Of a DNA stretch of 28,759 bases, positions 9,006-18,588 are shown piece after piece. Location of the stretch: positions 1-28,759 of the forward strand of contig JBJHDK010000029.1 of assembly GCA_050486505.1 (NCBI GenBank), in the 5' to 3' direction. The notes under the pieces were generated by a model. That model searched no databases. It worked only from the letters and a program-made list of their open reading frames with translations, and had not been told where the DNA came from. Every line of letters starts with the position of its first letter. Within the stretch, counting starts at the first letter, position 1. The DNA is from Fibrobacteria bacterium. GTDB taxonomy: Bacteria; Fibrobacterota; Fibrobacteria; UBA11236. Both the position numbers and the translations under genes were made by a program.

Positions 9006-9335
9006 ATGATCAAGGTCTTGTGCGGAGGGGTCTCGCTGCTCTCCCTGCTGGGAGCCGGATTGCTGATGTGGCAAACCCCGGGGTTCGCCGAGGCGCTGCC
9101 CTCGGGCAGGGCCGAATGGCTGCTCGCCTGGATCGAACTCTTCCGGAATCCCGTCGCGGCCGTTCCACTCTTCCTGCTCTGTATCTCCGTGGCCGTGCTG
9201 GCCGCCAGCGTCACCGAACTGCTACTCGGCCTGATCTTCTCCCTCTTCGCTGCGGCGCTCTCCGTGCTGTGCATGATCGGTGTCGTCGCGAACCATTATC
9301 CGCCGGTGATTGAATATTTGGAAAAGCTGTTGTGA
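9006..9335 (+). CDS. Small hypothetical membrane protein (about 3 TM)
   Basis: 109-aa hydrophobic ORF with GC3-rich codons; GTGA overlap with the next gene; TATCTT 7 nt upstream. Confidence 0.75.
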   Translation: MIKVLCGGVSLLSLLGAGLLMWQTPGFAEALPSGRAEWLLAWIELFRNPVAAVPLFLLCISVAVLAASVTELLLGLIFSLFAAALSVLCMIGVVANHYPPVIEYLEKLL

Positions 9336-9667
9336 ACATCCAGATCTTCGGGCGCCGTGACTGCTCAGACACCCGCAAGGCGGAGCGCTGGTTCAAGGAA
9401 CGGCGCATCTCCTTTCAATTCGTCGACCTCAAGGTGAAAGGACTCGCGCCCCGCGAGTTCGAGACCATCGCCGCTGCGGTGGGCATCGACAACCTCATCG
9501 ACCGCGGGTCGAAGCGCTTCCTGGAAAAAGGACTCTCCGCCGCACCCCCTGCGCGCATCCGCTCCGCGATGGCGGAAGACTCCCTGCTTCTGAAAACCCC
9601 GATGGTGCGGAACGGACGGGAAGCGACGGTGGGGATGAAGGCGGAGGTGTGGGCGGGGTGGACGTGA
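9332..9667 (+). CDS. ArsC/Spx/MgsR family protein (YffB-like)
   Basis: IQIFG..DCSDTRKAERW...FVDLK...LLKTPMVR. Confidence 0.88.
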   Translation: MNIQIFGRRDCSDTRKAERWFKERRISFQFVDLKVKGLAPREFETIAAAVGIDNLIDRGSKRFLEKGLSAAPPARIRSAMAEDSLLLKTPMVRNGREATVGMKAEVWAGWT

Positions 9668-9676
9668 CGGGTTGAT

Positions 9677-9706
9677 TGTAGGGGCAAATGATTATTTGCC
9701 CCTACA
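9677..9706. repeat. GTAG-type REP-like palindrome
   Basis: TGTAGGGGCAAAT-GATT-ATTTGCCCCTACA, 13-bp perfect arms, at a convergent junction; near-identical copy at 16804. Confidence 0.85.
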
Positions 9707-11237
9707 CCCGCCCACGCACCGTCGCACCATTCACACCCATGTTCCCCCCGTTCAATATCCCTTGCGGATCGAACACCTTCTTGACCTCCGCAATCTGCCG
9801 GATCCCCTCATCCCCGTACTGGTACCACAGGTACGGACGCACGATGCCATCCTCGTCGGCCAATGTCTTCTTCCCCACCCCGTGCTCCGCGCTGATGGAT
9901 CCGCCGAACGACACGGCCTTGCGTACAAGCCCGAGATAGAGTTTCCTCGCGTGCGCGAGATCGTCCGCGTCCTCGCACAAGAAATTCATGTGCAGATGGC
10001 AATCCCCCGCGTGGCCCCACGTCGCCGTGCGCACGCGCCCCGCGCGCATCCCGAACTCCCGCGCGGCCTCTTCGTAGGCGCGGCACATCTCCCGGAAGCG
10101 CAAGACGGGCACGGCGAAGTCGGTGCCGAGCTTGGGCTGACCGGTTTCTTTCAGCAAGTCCGCGACGCGGCGCGGCACCGCATAGCGGAAGGCCTCGACC
10201 TGATTCGCAGGGAGCGACCCGAGGCATCCCCCGGCGGAGAGAGGAACGCGCAGGATCCCCCCGATTGCGTCGTCGTCCGCAAAGGTTTCAGCCTCGATGG
10301 CCGCACGTGCCGTGTCGGGCACGGGTTGCCCGGATGCGCGTGCAAGCTGCAATGCGCCTGTGTCGAAAGATTCCAGCGAGACGATGCCGTTGCCGATGAA
10401 ATCCCGTGACAGGATTGCCTTGGACGGCCGCAAGGCGTCGACGCAGTCCAGCGCAGCTTCCATCGAAGGAAAGAAGAAGATTTCGGAACGGAGCTTGCGT
10501 TTTGGAACAAGGCGCAAACCGACTTCGGAGAGTACCCCGAGTATCCCCTCGCTACCGACGAACAGGTCGAGTACATCCATCTCCGGAAGTGCGTACAGTC
10601 CCGCGGCGTGCTTGGTGCGGGGCATCACGTACGCAGGAACCTGTCCGGAGATCACACGGCCGGATGCGGTGCGCACGGAGAAACCACCGCCGGAGACGCG
10701 CTCGCGCCCGCGCCGCAGGTCCAGCGTGTCGCCGTCGGCGAGCACCACGTGCAGCGATTCGACGTAATCGCGCGTGACCCCGCAGGCGAAGGCGCGCGGC
10801 CCCGAGGCGTTGGTGGCGACATTGCCGCCGACAAGGGCCCGCCATTCCCCCGGCGGCGGCGGGTACCAGAGGCCCAGGCCGTCGCACACCGCGTCGAGTT
10901 CCGCGATGGAAGCGCCGGGCGCGACGCGCGCGGACAGCGGGTTGGATTCGGAAAGATGGAACCAGGGGGTCACCTTGCGCCATCCCGGCCTGTCTGGAAG
11001 AGAGCGCAAACCGGTCATGTCGAGGCGGATTCCCGGAACGGTGGACACGGCCGCCCCCGCGAGGCCGGTGAGGGCCGCGGTGACAGTCACCGGAGTGCCC
11101 TCGCGCGCGGCTCCGGTGAGGACATCGCGCAACTCCGTCTCGTTTTGGGGGGACTGCAACCGCATCGTCCCTGCCGGAGGGGAGAACACGGCATTCCCCG
11201 CATCGGACCAACGTGAGATCATATCCGGCGTTTTCAC
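9702..11237 (-). CDS. FAD-binding oxidoreductase, GlcD/D-lactate dehydrogenase-like (VAO/PCMH type)
   Basis: VGGNVATNASGP, DLFVGSEGILG, GHAGDCHLHMN, ISAEHGVG and FDPQGILN. Confidence 0.88.
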   Translation of the reverse strand: MKTPDMISRWSDAGNAVFSPPAGTMRLQSPQNETELRDVLTGAAREGTPVTVTAALTGLAGAAVSTVPGIRLDMTGLRSLPDRPGWRKVTPWFHLSESNPLSARVAPGASIAELDAVCDGLGLWYPPPPGEWRALVGGNVATNASGPRAFACGVTRDYVESLHVVLADGDTLDLRRGRERVSGGGFSVRTASGRVISGQVPAYVMPRTKHAAGLYALPEMDVLDLFVGSEGILGVLSEVGLRLVPKRKLRSEIFFFPSMEAALDCVDALRPSKAILSRDFIGNGIVSLESFDTGALQLARASGQPVPDTARAAIEAETFADDDAIGGILRVPLSAGGCLGSLPANQVEAFRYAVPRRVADLLKETGQPKLGTDFAVPVLRFREMCRAYEEAAREFGMRAGRVRTATWGHAGDCHLHMNFLCEDADDLAHARKLYLGLVRKAVSFGGSISAEHGVGKKTLADEDGIVRPYLWYQYGDEGIRQIAEVKKVFDPQGILNGGNMGVNGATVRGRV

Positions 11238-11334
11238 GCGGGAAAATGTAACAGGCGGTATCCGGAGGCCGGATCAAAAGCCGCGCCCCCGCGGCGTCGC
11301 GACACGGCACGCGTATCATGCTAAATTGCGCCCC

Positions 11335-12234
11335 GTGCCGAACCCCAACACAGAACCCGAAATCACCGAGGTCCCCCTCTTCCGCCGCGGCAAGGTTCGC
11401 GACGTGTACGACCTGGGCGACCAACTCCTCATCGTCGCGTCCGATCGCATCTCCGCCTTCGACGTCGTGCTTCCCACCCCCGTTCCCGACAAGGGGCGCA
11501 TCCTCACCCAGCTCTCGCTGTTCTGGTTCGAGTTCCTCAAGGAGCCCAACCACCTCATCACCGCAGACGTCGACCACTTTCCCTCCCGGCTGCACAAGCA
11601 CAAGGACTGGCTGCGGGGGCGCTCCATGCTCGTCAAGAAGGCCGAGCGCTTCGATGTCGAATGCGTGGTGCGCGGCTACGTCGCCGGGTCGGGATGGAAG
11701 GACTATCGCCGCACCGGCATGATCTGCGACGAAATCCTCCCCCCCGACCTGAAGCAGTGCGCGAAGCTGCCCCAGCCGATCTTCACCCCCGCCGCCAAGA
11801 ACGACACCGGGCACGACGAGAACATCTCCTTCGAGGAAATGATCGAAATCACCGGAGAGGACGTGGCCGAGGAACTGCGCGACCGCAGCCTCAAGATCTA
11901 CCAGCGCGCGCGCGACTACGCCAAGGTCGCCGGCGTGATCCTGGCGGACACCAAGTTCGAGTTCGGGCTCGACTCGAAGGGCGACGGCGACATCATCCTG
12001 ATCGACGAAGTGCTCACGCCCGACTCGTCGCGCTTCTGGCCCGCGAAGGACTACACCCCCGGGCGCGACCAGAAAAGCTTCGACAAGCAGTACGTGCGCG
12101 ACTACCTGGAGACGCTCGACTGGAACAAAACCGCGCCTGGCCCGGAACTTCCGCCCGAGGTCGTCAAGAACACCCGAGACAAGTACCTCGAGGCCTTTCG
12201 CCTCCTGACCGGAAAGGATTTCAAAGTTGCCTGA
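11335..12234 (+). CDS. purC: SAICAR synthase
   Basis: RGKVRDVY, ASDRISAFDV, ECVVRGY, ADTKFEFG, DEVLTPDSSRFW and SFDKQYVRDYL. Start at GTG 11335. Confidence 0.97.
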   Translation: MPNPNTEPEITEVPLFRRGKVRDVYDLGDQLLIVASDRISAFDVVLPTPVPDKGRILTQLSLFWFEFLKEPNHLITADVDHFPSRLHKHKDWLRGRSMLVKKAERFDVECVVRGYVAGSGWKDYRRTGMICDEILPPDLKQCAKLPQPIFTPAAKNDTGHDENISFEEMIEITGEDVAEELRDRSLKIYQRARDYAKVAGVILADTKFEFGLDSKGDGDIILIDEVLTPDSSRFWPAKDYTPGRDQKSFDKQYVRDYLETLDWNKTAPGPELPPEVVKNTRDKYLEAFRLLTGKDFKVA

Positions 12235-13879
12235 AGCCAAGAACGCCGCGAACACCGCAGTGAAAACCGCGCTGATCAGCGTCTCCGACAAGACCGACCT
12301 CCTCCCCTTCGCCCAAGGCCTCCACGCCCTCGGCTGGCGAATCCTCAGCACCGGCGGCACCCTCAAGTTCCTGAACGACAACGGTGTCCCCGCGACGCAG
12401 GTGTCGGATCACACGGGATCCCCCGAAATCCTCGACGGCCGCGTGAAGACCCTCCATCCCAAAATCCACGGTGGCATCCTCGCGCGCCGCTCCGACGCCG
12501 ACCATGTGAAACAACTCGGCGAACACGGCATCGCCCCCATCGACCTCGTGGCGGTGAACCTCTACCCGTTCCGCGAGACCGTCGCCAAGGAAGGCGTCAC
12601 CCTGGAGGACGCCATCGAGAACATCGACATCGGCGGCCCCAGCATGTTGCGCTCCTCTGCGAAGAACCACGCCGATGTCACCGTGATTTGCAACCCGGAC
12701 GACTACGCCGTCGTACTCGATGAGTTGAAGGCCTCGGGCGCGACTTCGCTTGAGACACGTCGACGCCTTGCGGTCACGGCTTTCCGCCACACGGCGGACT
12801 ACGACGCGGCCATCGACGCGCACCTCTCGAAGGCCTTGTTGGGAGCGCAGGTGTTGCGATTGGGGTTCCGTCCCGGGTCGACGCTCCGCTACGGGGAAAA
12901 CGACCACCAGAAAGCGGTGTTCTACCCCGAGCATCCCGCGGCTTCGGGCGGGGAATCGAACCTGGGCACGGCCAGGCAACTGCACGGCAAGGAGCTGAGC
13001 TACAACAACCTGGTCGACGCCGACGCCGCCCTCGAATCGGTGCGCGACCTGCAGGACGCTCCGGCCGTCTCCGTGATCAAGCACCTGAACCCCTGCGGTT
13101 ACGCCACCGGCACGACCCTGTCCGAAGCCTTCGAGGCGGCCTGGCAGGGCGACCCGGTCTCGGCCTTCGGCTCGGTGATCGCGGTGTCGCGCAAGGTCGA
13201 CCTCGCGACCGCGGAACGCCTCAAGGGACGCTTCGTGGAATTGCTCATCGCACCCGCCTTCGATGCCGATGCGCTGGAATACCTGCGGAAGAAGAGCAAG
13301 GACATCCGTCTGCTCGACATCGGAACCATGGCGCCCCCGAAACACCGCAAGGTGTACAAGCACATCCTCGGCGGCATGCTCGAGCAGGATCGCGACGTCG
13401 ACCTGTTCCGCAAGTGGGAATCCCCCACCGCGGCGAAGATGCCCGAGGCCATGCGCCCGCTCGCCGAGTTCACCTGGAAAGCCTGCAAGCACGTCAAGTC
13501 GAACGCGATCGTGCTCGGCTACGAGTGTGCGCCCGGGGCCTACACCCTCGTGGGCATGGGCCCCGGCCAGCCGAACCGCATCGACTCGAACCTGAAGCTG
13601 GCCCAGCCCCGCGCCCGGGAGAACCTGGGGCGCATCGCGGGGGAGAAAGGCCTCAAGGGCGCGGAAGCGGACGCATTCGTGAACGAGGCGATGGGACGCT
13701 GCGTGATGGCCTCCGACGCGTTCTTCCCGTTCGACGATAACGTGAAGGCCGCGCACGCCGGCGGCATTCGCCACATCGTGCAGCCCGGTGGCTCGCTGCG
13801 CGACCCGGAGGTGATCGCCACGGCCGACAAGCTGGGCGTGTCGTTGACCTTCACGGGGACGAGGCATTTCAGGCACTAG
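12227..13879 (+). CDS. purH: Bifunctional AICAR transformylase/IMP cyclohydrolase
   Basis: ALISVSDK, STGGT, GRVKTLHP, DIGGPSMLR, LRYGEN, SYNN, SDAFFPF, QPGGS and RHFRH. Start TTG 12227 or GTG 12260. Confidence 0.97.
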   Translation: MPEAKNAANTAVKTALISVSDKTDLLPFAQGLHALGWRILSTGGTLKFLNDNGVPATQVSDHTGSPEILDGRVKTLHPKIHGGILARRSDADHVKQLGEHGIAPIDLVAVNLYPFRETVAKEGVTLEDAIENIDIGGPSMLRSSAKNHADVTVICNPDDYAVVLDELKASGATSLETRRRLAVTAFRHTADYDAAIDAHLSKALLGAQVLRLGFRPGSTLRYGENDHQKAVFYPEHPAASGGESNLGTARQLHGKELSYNNLVDADAALESVRDLQDAPAVSVIKHLNPCGYATGTTLSEAFEAAWQGDPVSAFGSVIAVSRKVDLATAERLKGRFVELLIAPAFDADALEYLRKKSKDIRLLDIGTMAPPKHRKVYKHILGGMLEQDRDVDLFRKWESPTAAKMPEAMRPLAEFTWKACKHVKSNAIVLGYECAPGAYTLVGMGPGQPNRIDSNLKLAQPRARENLGRIAGEKGLKGAEADAFVNEAMGRCVMASDAFFPFDDNVKAAHAGGIRHIVQPGGSLRDPEVIATADKLGVSLTFTGTRHFRH

Positions 13880-13886
13880 GGGATTT

Positions 13887-13984
13887 CAACAGTACAACAA
13901 TACAGCAGTACAGCAATCAACACAGGGTGCCGGATCATGATCCGAGCCTGTAATGCGTTCTATTGCTGTATTGTTGTATTGCCG
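13887..13984. repeat. Inverted octamer tandem-repeat element (CARCARTA)n ... (TATTGYYG)n
   Basis: Left caacagta caacaata cagcagta cagcaatc; right tattgctg tattgttg tattgccg; internal palindrome cggatcatgatccg at 13931-13944. Confidence 0.85.
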
Positions 13985-14044
13985 TGCCGCCATGCCGTTC
14001 TTTTGCCGTATTTCGTTATGTTTTTCATGAAGTAGATTTCGGGC

Positions 14045-14974
14045 ATGAGGTTTTCCCGCCTGCGCCCCCGGATCGGGTTTCACGTAAACACCCTGGTTGT
14101 GGTCACAATCGGATGCCTCGCGGGGTGTGCACCGTGGCAAGGCACTTCGGGAACATCCGGCTCGTTCTCACTCTTCAACTTCTCGGCCCCGTTTCCGGCA
14201 CCTGGATACGATCCCGTCGAAGACTTTCCGGGCGGACATGACGCGGGCACGCTGCGGCAAGCCAAGGCCGGCATGCCCTGGAAGTCCCGGCCATTCGTGT
14301 ACGCAGACGCCGACATACGCTTCGAAATCGGCGTCAAGGAAGGCATGGTCACGCAGAGAGGTTCTTCGGACAAGCGGCAAACGCGCAAGCGTACGACCGT
14401 GCGCGACGAAGCCGATGGCCGGAGTTACGAGGCCACCGCGACGCAATCCGTCGAGCTGTGCCGGTATCCCTGGATGATCCGCCTGATCACATCGAGCGAC
14501 AGTTCCTGGGTTTGCCATGATCAGGACATGGCCTGGAAAATCCGCCTGACGGAACAATCACGGACCGGCAAAGAAGAGGAAGTCGGCATCTTCCTGTACA
14601 CCCTGAATCCCGGGTCGCATGCTCCAGCACCCGGCGGCATGCCCGTCGTGACGGGTTACTGGGGAGACGATACCCTGGCACTGGAATGGGAGGGCCGCAC
14701 GGCCGGAGGCGCACCCGTCCCGAACAACCGATACCCGGTGATTCATGCCGGACTGACGGATGGAAGCGCGCGAGGCTACGAGATCCTGCGCGTTCGCAGG
14801 GGCGACACGACCGATGCCGTGATCCTTCCCCTGTTTCTTCCCTGGAACGCCGCGGGCGCACGGCAAACCTACACGGTGTACTTCCGTCGGGATCTGGATC
14901 CGGAAATGCGGAAAAAAACCCTGCTGGTCCTTCCCCTGTACAATCTCGTGGCGATGGGCCGCTACGAGGAATAG
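14045..14974 (+). CDS. Hypothetical lipoprotein
   Basis: 309-aa ORF with an N-terminal basic plus hydrophobic signal and LAGC lipobox; no recognisable family. Confidence 0.65.
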   Translation: MRFSRLRPRIGFHVNTLVVVTIGCLAGCAPWQGTSGTSGSFSLFNFSAPFPAPGYDPVEDFPGGHDAGTLRQAKAGMPWKSRPFVYADADIRFEIGVKEGMVTQRGSSDKRQTRKRTTVRDEADGRSYEATATQSVELCRYPWMIRLITSSDSSWVCHDQDMAWKIRLTEQSRTGKEEEVGIFLYTLNPGSHAPAPGGMPVVTGYWGDDTLALEWEGRTAGGAPVPNNRYPVIHAGLTDGSARGYEILRVRRGDTTDAVILPLFLPWNAAGARQTYTVYFRRDLDPEMRKKTLLVLPLYNLVAMGRYEE

Positions 14975-15013
14975 ATCCGCGGCGCATCGGGGCAAGTCGC
15001 TAACTTTCCCCGA

Positions 15014-16321
15014 ATGCCCCCCATCAAAATCATCGGCGGCGGTCTCGCCGGATCGGAAGCCGCGCTGCAACTGGCGGACGCCGGCCATTCCGTGGAACTC
15101 TTCGAGATGCGGCCGCGCGTCGGGACTCCGGCCCATAAAACCGACGGCTTCGCCGAGCTGGTCTGCTCCAACTCCTTCAAGGGACTCGCATTGACGTCCG
15201 CGCACGGTTTGCTCAAGGAGGAGCTGGCGCGCGCGGGATCAAAACTGCTGCCCCTCGCGTTCGAGGCGCGCGTGCCCGCCGGCGAGAGCCTTGCCATCGA
15301 TCGCGAAACCTTTTCCTCCAAGGTGCGGGAGGCCATCGAGGCGCGTCCCAACATTCGTGTCGTGAGGGAAGAAGTTCGCGCCCTCGACCCGGACGCGTGG
15401 ACCATCCTTGCGACCGGGCCGCTGACCTCCGAAGCCCTCGCGCGGGATTTGTTCGCGCGGGTAGAGGCCGTCGGCGGGGGCAAGAGATTGTTCTTCTTCG
15501 ATTCCATCGCACCCGTGGTCATGGCCGACAGCCTCGAGATGGAGCATGTCTTCGCGAAGAATCGCTGGGAGAAGGGAGAGACCCCCGACTTCCTGAACAT
15601 CCCCCTCGACAAGGAACAATACTTCGCCTTCGTGGACGGCCTCATCGCTGCGGACACCGTGGAGGCCAAGCCCTTCGAGAAAGGGCAGCTCTTCGAAGGC
15701 TGCCTGCCCATCGAGGAGATGGCGCGGCGCGGGCGCGAGACCTTGCGCTATGGCCCCATGCGCCCCATCGGACTGCGCCACCCGGAGACCGGCAAGACGC
15801 CCTTCGCCGTGATCCAGCTGCGCGCGGAAAACAAGCAACGCACCCTGTACAACCTCGTGGGATTCCAGACGCGTCTCAAATGGGGCACGCAAAAGGAATT
15901 GCTCACGAAGATCCCCGGCCTGCGCACGGCGCAATTCGCGCGCTTCGGGGCCATGCACCGCAACACCTTCCTCGACGCGCCCAAGGTGCTGGAACCCACC
16001 CTGCGCCTCAAGGGCACGCGCATCTTTTGCGCGGGGCAGATCACCGGCGCGGAAGGCTACACCGAGGCGATCTCCACCGGGCTGTATGCCGCCTCGTGCC
16101 TGCATGCCGCCCTGGCGGGGAACGATGATTTCCGCTGGCCGCACGGAACCTGCGTCGCGGCCCTGACGGAGCATCTCACCAGCGAGAACCCCGACTTCCA
16201 GCCCATGAATTTCAACTTCGGGCTGCTGCCGAATGATCCCTCCTGGCACAAAAAACAGCGCAAGGAAAGGCAGATCGAGGCGTGTCAGAAGGCGTGGAGC
16301 GAAATTGCTACCTTGTCCTAA
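15014..16321 (+). CDS. trmFO: FAD/folate-dependent tRNA (uracil-5)-methyltransferase TrmFO
   Basis: IIGGGLAGSEAA, FEMRP, AELVCSNS, FEGCLPIE, YNLVGFQT, GAMHRNTF, AGQITGAEGY and FQPMNFNFGL. Confidence 0.97.
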   Translation: MPPIKIIGGGLAGSEAALQLADAGHSVELFEMRPRVGTPAHKTDGFAELVCSNSFKGLALTSAHGLLKEELARAGSKLLPLAFEARVPAGESLAIDRETFSSKVREAIEARPNIRVVREEVRALDPDAWTILATGPLTSEALARDLFARVEAVGGGKRLFFFDSIAPVVMADSLEMEHVFAKNRWEKGETPDFLNIPLDKEQYFAFVDGLIAADTVEAKPFEKGQLFEGCLPIEEMARRGRETLRYGPMRPIGLRHPETGKTPFAVIQLRAENKQRTLYNLVGFQTRLKWGTQKELLTKIPGLRTAQFARFGAMHRNTFLDAPKVLEPTLRLKGTRIFCAGQITGAEGYTEAISTGLYAASCLHAALAGNDDFRWPHGTCVAALTEHLTSENPDFQPMNFNFGLLPNDPSWHKKQRKERQIEACQKAWSEIATLS

Positions 16322-16382
16322 CACATTGAAAAACAAAAACATTACGCGGATTTCATAACCCGCGTAAACACGGAGGTTTGCC

Positions 16383-16799
16383 ATGATGTACGACGAAGAG
16401 ATGATCGCCCCCATGCGTCAGGAACTGGTCGATCTGGGCGTCCAGGAAACCCGCACCCCCGATGAAGTGGAAGCGGCCATCAAGGCCGGAGGCACCACCT
16501 TGGTGGTCGTGAATTCCGTGTGCGGCTGCGCCGCCGCCCAAGCCCGTCCCGGAGTGGCGGAAGCATTCAAGCGCACCGGCAAGAAGCCCGACCGTGCCAT
16601 CACCGTGTTCGCGGGGAACGACCGCGAGGCCACCGCCGCCGCGCGTGCGCACTTCGCCGGCTACGCACCGTCTTCCCCGTCGATCGCGTTGATGAAGGAC
16701 GGCGACGTGGTGTTCATGCTGGAGCGGTACCAGATTTCCGGCCGCGACGCGCAACAGATCGGCGCCGACATCGCGCAGGCGATCGATCAATTTTGTTGA
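16383..16799 (+). CDS. Bacilliredoxin BrxA/BrxB (YphP/YqiW) family
   Basis: PMRQEL, VVNSVCGCAA..ARP (CGC motif), TVFAG and PSSPSIAL; GGAGG SD. Confidence 0.93.
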   Translation: MMYDEEMIAPMRQELVDLGVQETRTPDEVEAAIKAGGTTLVVVNSVCGCAAAQARPGVAEAFKRTGKKPDRAITVFAGNDREATAAARAHFAGYAPSSPSIALMKDGDVVFMLERYQISGRDAQQIGADIAQAIDQFC

Positions 16800-16803
16800 T
16801 CAT

Positions 16804-16833
16804 TGTAGGGGCGAATAATTATTCGCCCCTACA
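16804..16833. repeat. GTAG-type REP-like palindrome
   Basis: Perfect 30-bp palindrome TGTAGGGGCGAATAATTATTCGCCCCTACA at a convergent junction. Confidence 0.88.
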
Positions 16834-17296
16834 GCGCCTGCGCGATCTCAAACACCGCTTCGATCTCCACCGCCGCGTTCAACGGCAACGCGTTGACGCC
16901 CACCGCCGCGCGGGCGTGGCGCCCTGCCTCGCCGAAAATGTCCGTGAGCAGTTCCGAAGCTGCGTTCAACACCTTGGGCTGGTCGTGAAAGTCCGGGGCC
17001 GACTGCACGAAGCCCGTCAATTTGACCGCGCGGCGGATCGACGCCAGCGGAACCCCGTTCCCCTCCAGGGCGGCAAGGATGTTTAGAAGACACAGCCGCG
17101 CCGCCTCGCGCCCCTGCTCCAGGGAAACCCCCTCTCCCACCTTTCCCGACACGGCCACCCCCCCGTCCCTGAGCGGAAGCTGCCCCGACACGAACACGAG
17201 CGTACCGGTACGCACCATGGGGACATACCATCCCTTGGGAACGGGAGGATCGGGGAGTTCAAGGCCGAGGGCGCGGAGGCGTTCGAGAGGAAGCAT
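16829..17296 (-). CDS. Rid (YjgF/YER057c/UK114) family protein
   Basis: YVPMVRTGTLVFVSGQLP, VKLTGFV, NAASELL..IFGEAGRHARAAVGV..LP.NAAVEIE. Start at ATG 17296. Confidence 0.92.
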   Translation of the reverse strand: MLPLERLRALGLELPDPPVPKGWYVPMVRTGTLVFVSGQLPLRDGGVAVSGKVGEGVSLEQGREAARLCLLNILAALEGNGVPLASIRRAVKLTGFVQSAPDFHDQPKVLNAASELLTDIFGEAGRHARAAVGVNALPLNAAVEIEAVFEIAQAL

Positions 17297-17339
17297 CCCG
17301 GGAATAATAACCCGCCGACCGGCGAGTATATTGGTGCCC

Positions 17340-18038
17340 GTGTTCCGCGCCCTTGCCATGAAATCCGGACGAGTCGGCCTCGCCCCGATCGCAATGACCA
17401 CAGTACTCGTGCTGGCGGGATGCGACCTGTTCTCCTCGTCTTCGCGCCCGGTGGTTCCCCGCCCCGAGACATTGCGTCCCGAAATCGACGCATTCGCGGT
17501 CGACAGCGTGCGCAGTCTCGCTTGGAGCGAAACGCTGCGGCGCGGAAAAACCACCACGCCGCTCGGCCAAGCATCCGTCCAAGTCAAGCACCAGGGAGCG
17601 TCCGTGGCTGGAACCGACACGATTCCCCTGCTTGCATTCCACTTCGCGGCCGGTCCGAGTCATGCCGGAGCCGTGACGCGCAACGGCTTCGACCCGCGCC
17701 GCGTCGCCTTCGACACGTCCGCGATCGTCGACCCCGGGCCCGCGCTTCCCTTCCCCGAAATTCCCGCGCCGGGATGGCGGCACGACACCATCATCGGAGA
17801 ACTGCGCTTCGTCCGCGCGTTGCGCGGCGCCGAAACACTCCGCCAGTCCGGAAAAGACCACCGCGTGTGGGCATTTGCCGAAAGCACGTGGTGGAACCAC
17901 GAACTCGTCGCCACCGCTTCGACCTGGATGGGACTGCACGGACTCGTCCGACACCGCTCCGAATGGCCGCAGTACGGAGCGTCCGTGGCGAACGACGGCG
18001 CGACCGGAACCCTCGTGCGCGAAATCCGCGCGCAATGA
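17340..18038 (+). CDS. Hypothetical lipoprotein
   Basis: Lipobox VLAGC. Start GTG 17340 (7 nt after TATATT) or in-frame ATG 17358. Confidence 0.6.
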   Translation: MFRALAMKSGRVGLAPIAMTTVLVLAGCDLFSSSSRPVVPRPETLRPEIDAFAVDSVRSLAWSETLRRGKTTTPLGQASVQVKHQGASVAGTDTIPLLAFHFAAGPSHAGAVTRNGFDPRRVAFDTSAIVDPGPALPFPEIPAPGWRHDTIIGELRFVRALRGAETLRQSGKDHRVWAFAESTWWNHELVATASTWMGLHGLVRHRSEWPQYGASVANDGATGTLVREIRAQ

Positions 18039-18060
18039 AAACCGTCTTTGGAGGCCCAGA

Positions 18061-18570
18061 ATGACACTCACCGACACGACGCCCGACCTCTTCGCACCGC
18101 TTCGCGCCTTCGCGGGATCCCCATGCCGGATTTTTCCCGCGTCCCGCCCCCTGACGAATGCCGAAACCACGGACTTGCTTGAGCGCCTGGAGCGCTTCTT
18201 CGAAGGCTGGGCGAGCCACGGAACGCCCGTCAAGGCAGCCGCCTGCATGCCCTGGAACCGTTTTCTCGTCGTCGCCCACGAACCGGAGGAGCTCGCCGGA
18301 TGCGCGGGCGACGCGCTTCTGTTCTTCCTGAACGAGGCCGGCAAGGTAACGGGGGTGGAGTGGACGGGGGGATCCCGTGTCTTCCACCTCGACCCTCAGG
18401 GGGAACCCGTCGAAAGCGACCGGCCAGGCTTCCGCAAGCTGGCGACTGAGGGAACGGTCGGCGCCGAAACGCTCGTGATCGACACCACGATCCGCGAGAC
18501 GGAAGCCCTGCTGGGGGGACGCTTCGTTCTCCCGGCGCGCGACTCCTGGCACGCGCGCCTGCTGGGGTGA
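18061..18570 (+). CDS. Hypothetical protein (W-x-x-H-G-x-P ... G-C motifs)
   Basis: GGAGG SD before ATG 18061. FFEGWASHGTPVKA and ELAGCAGD resemble, from recollection only, a conserved uncharacterised FCB-group protein; no Walker motifs. Confidence 0.65.
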   Translation: MTLTDTTPDLFAPLRAFAGSPCRIFPASRPLTNAETTDLLERLERFFEGWASHGTPVKAAACMPWNRFLVVAHEPEELAGCAGDALLFFLNEAGKVTGVEWTGGSRVFHLDPQGEPVESDRPGFRKLATEGTVGAETLVIDTTIRETEALLGGRFVLPARDSWHARLLG

Positions 18571-18588
18571 CGCGCGTCCGCTACGCGG

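Noticed and set aside
10774..11334. Long N-terminal extensions of purC (and likewise of rid and the 17022 ORF)
   Set aside because: They overlap divergent genes; homology and -10 boxes indicate the downstream starts.
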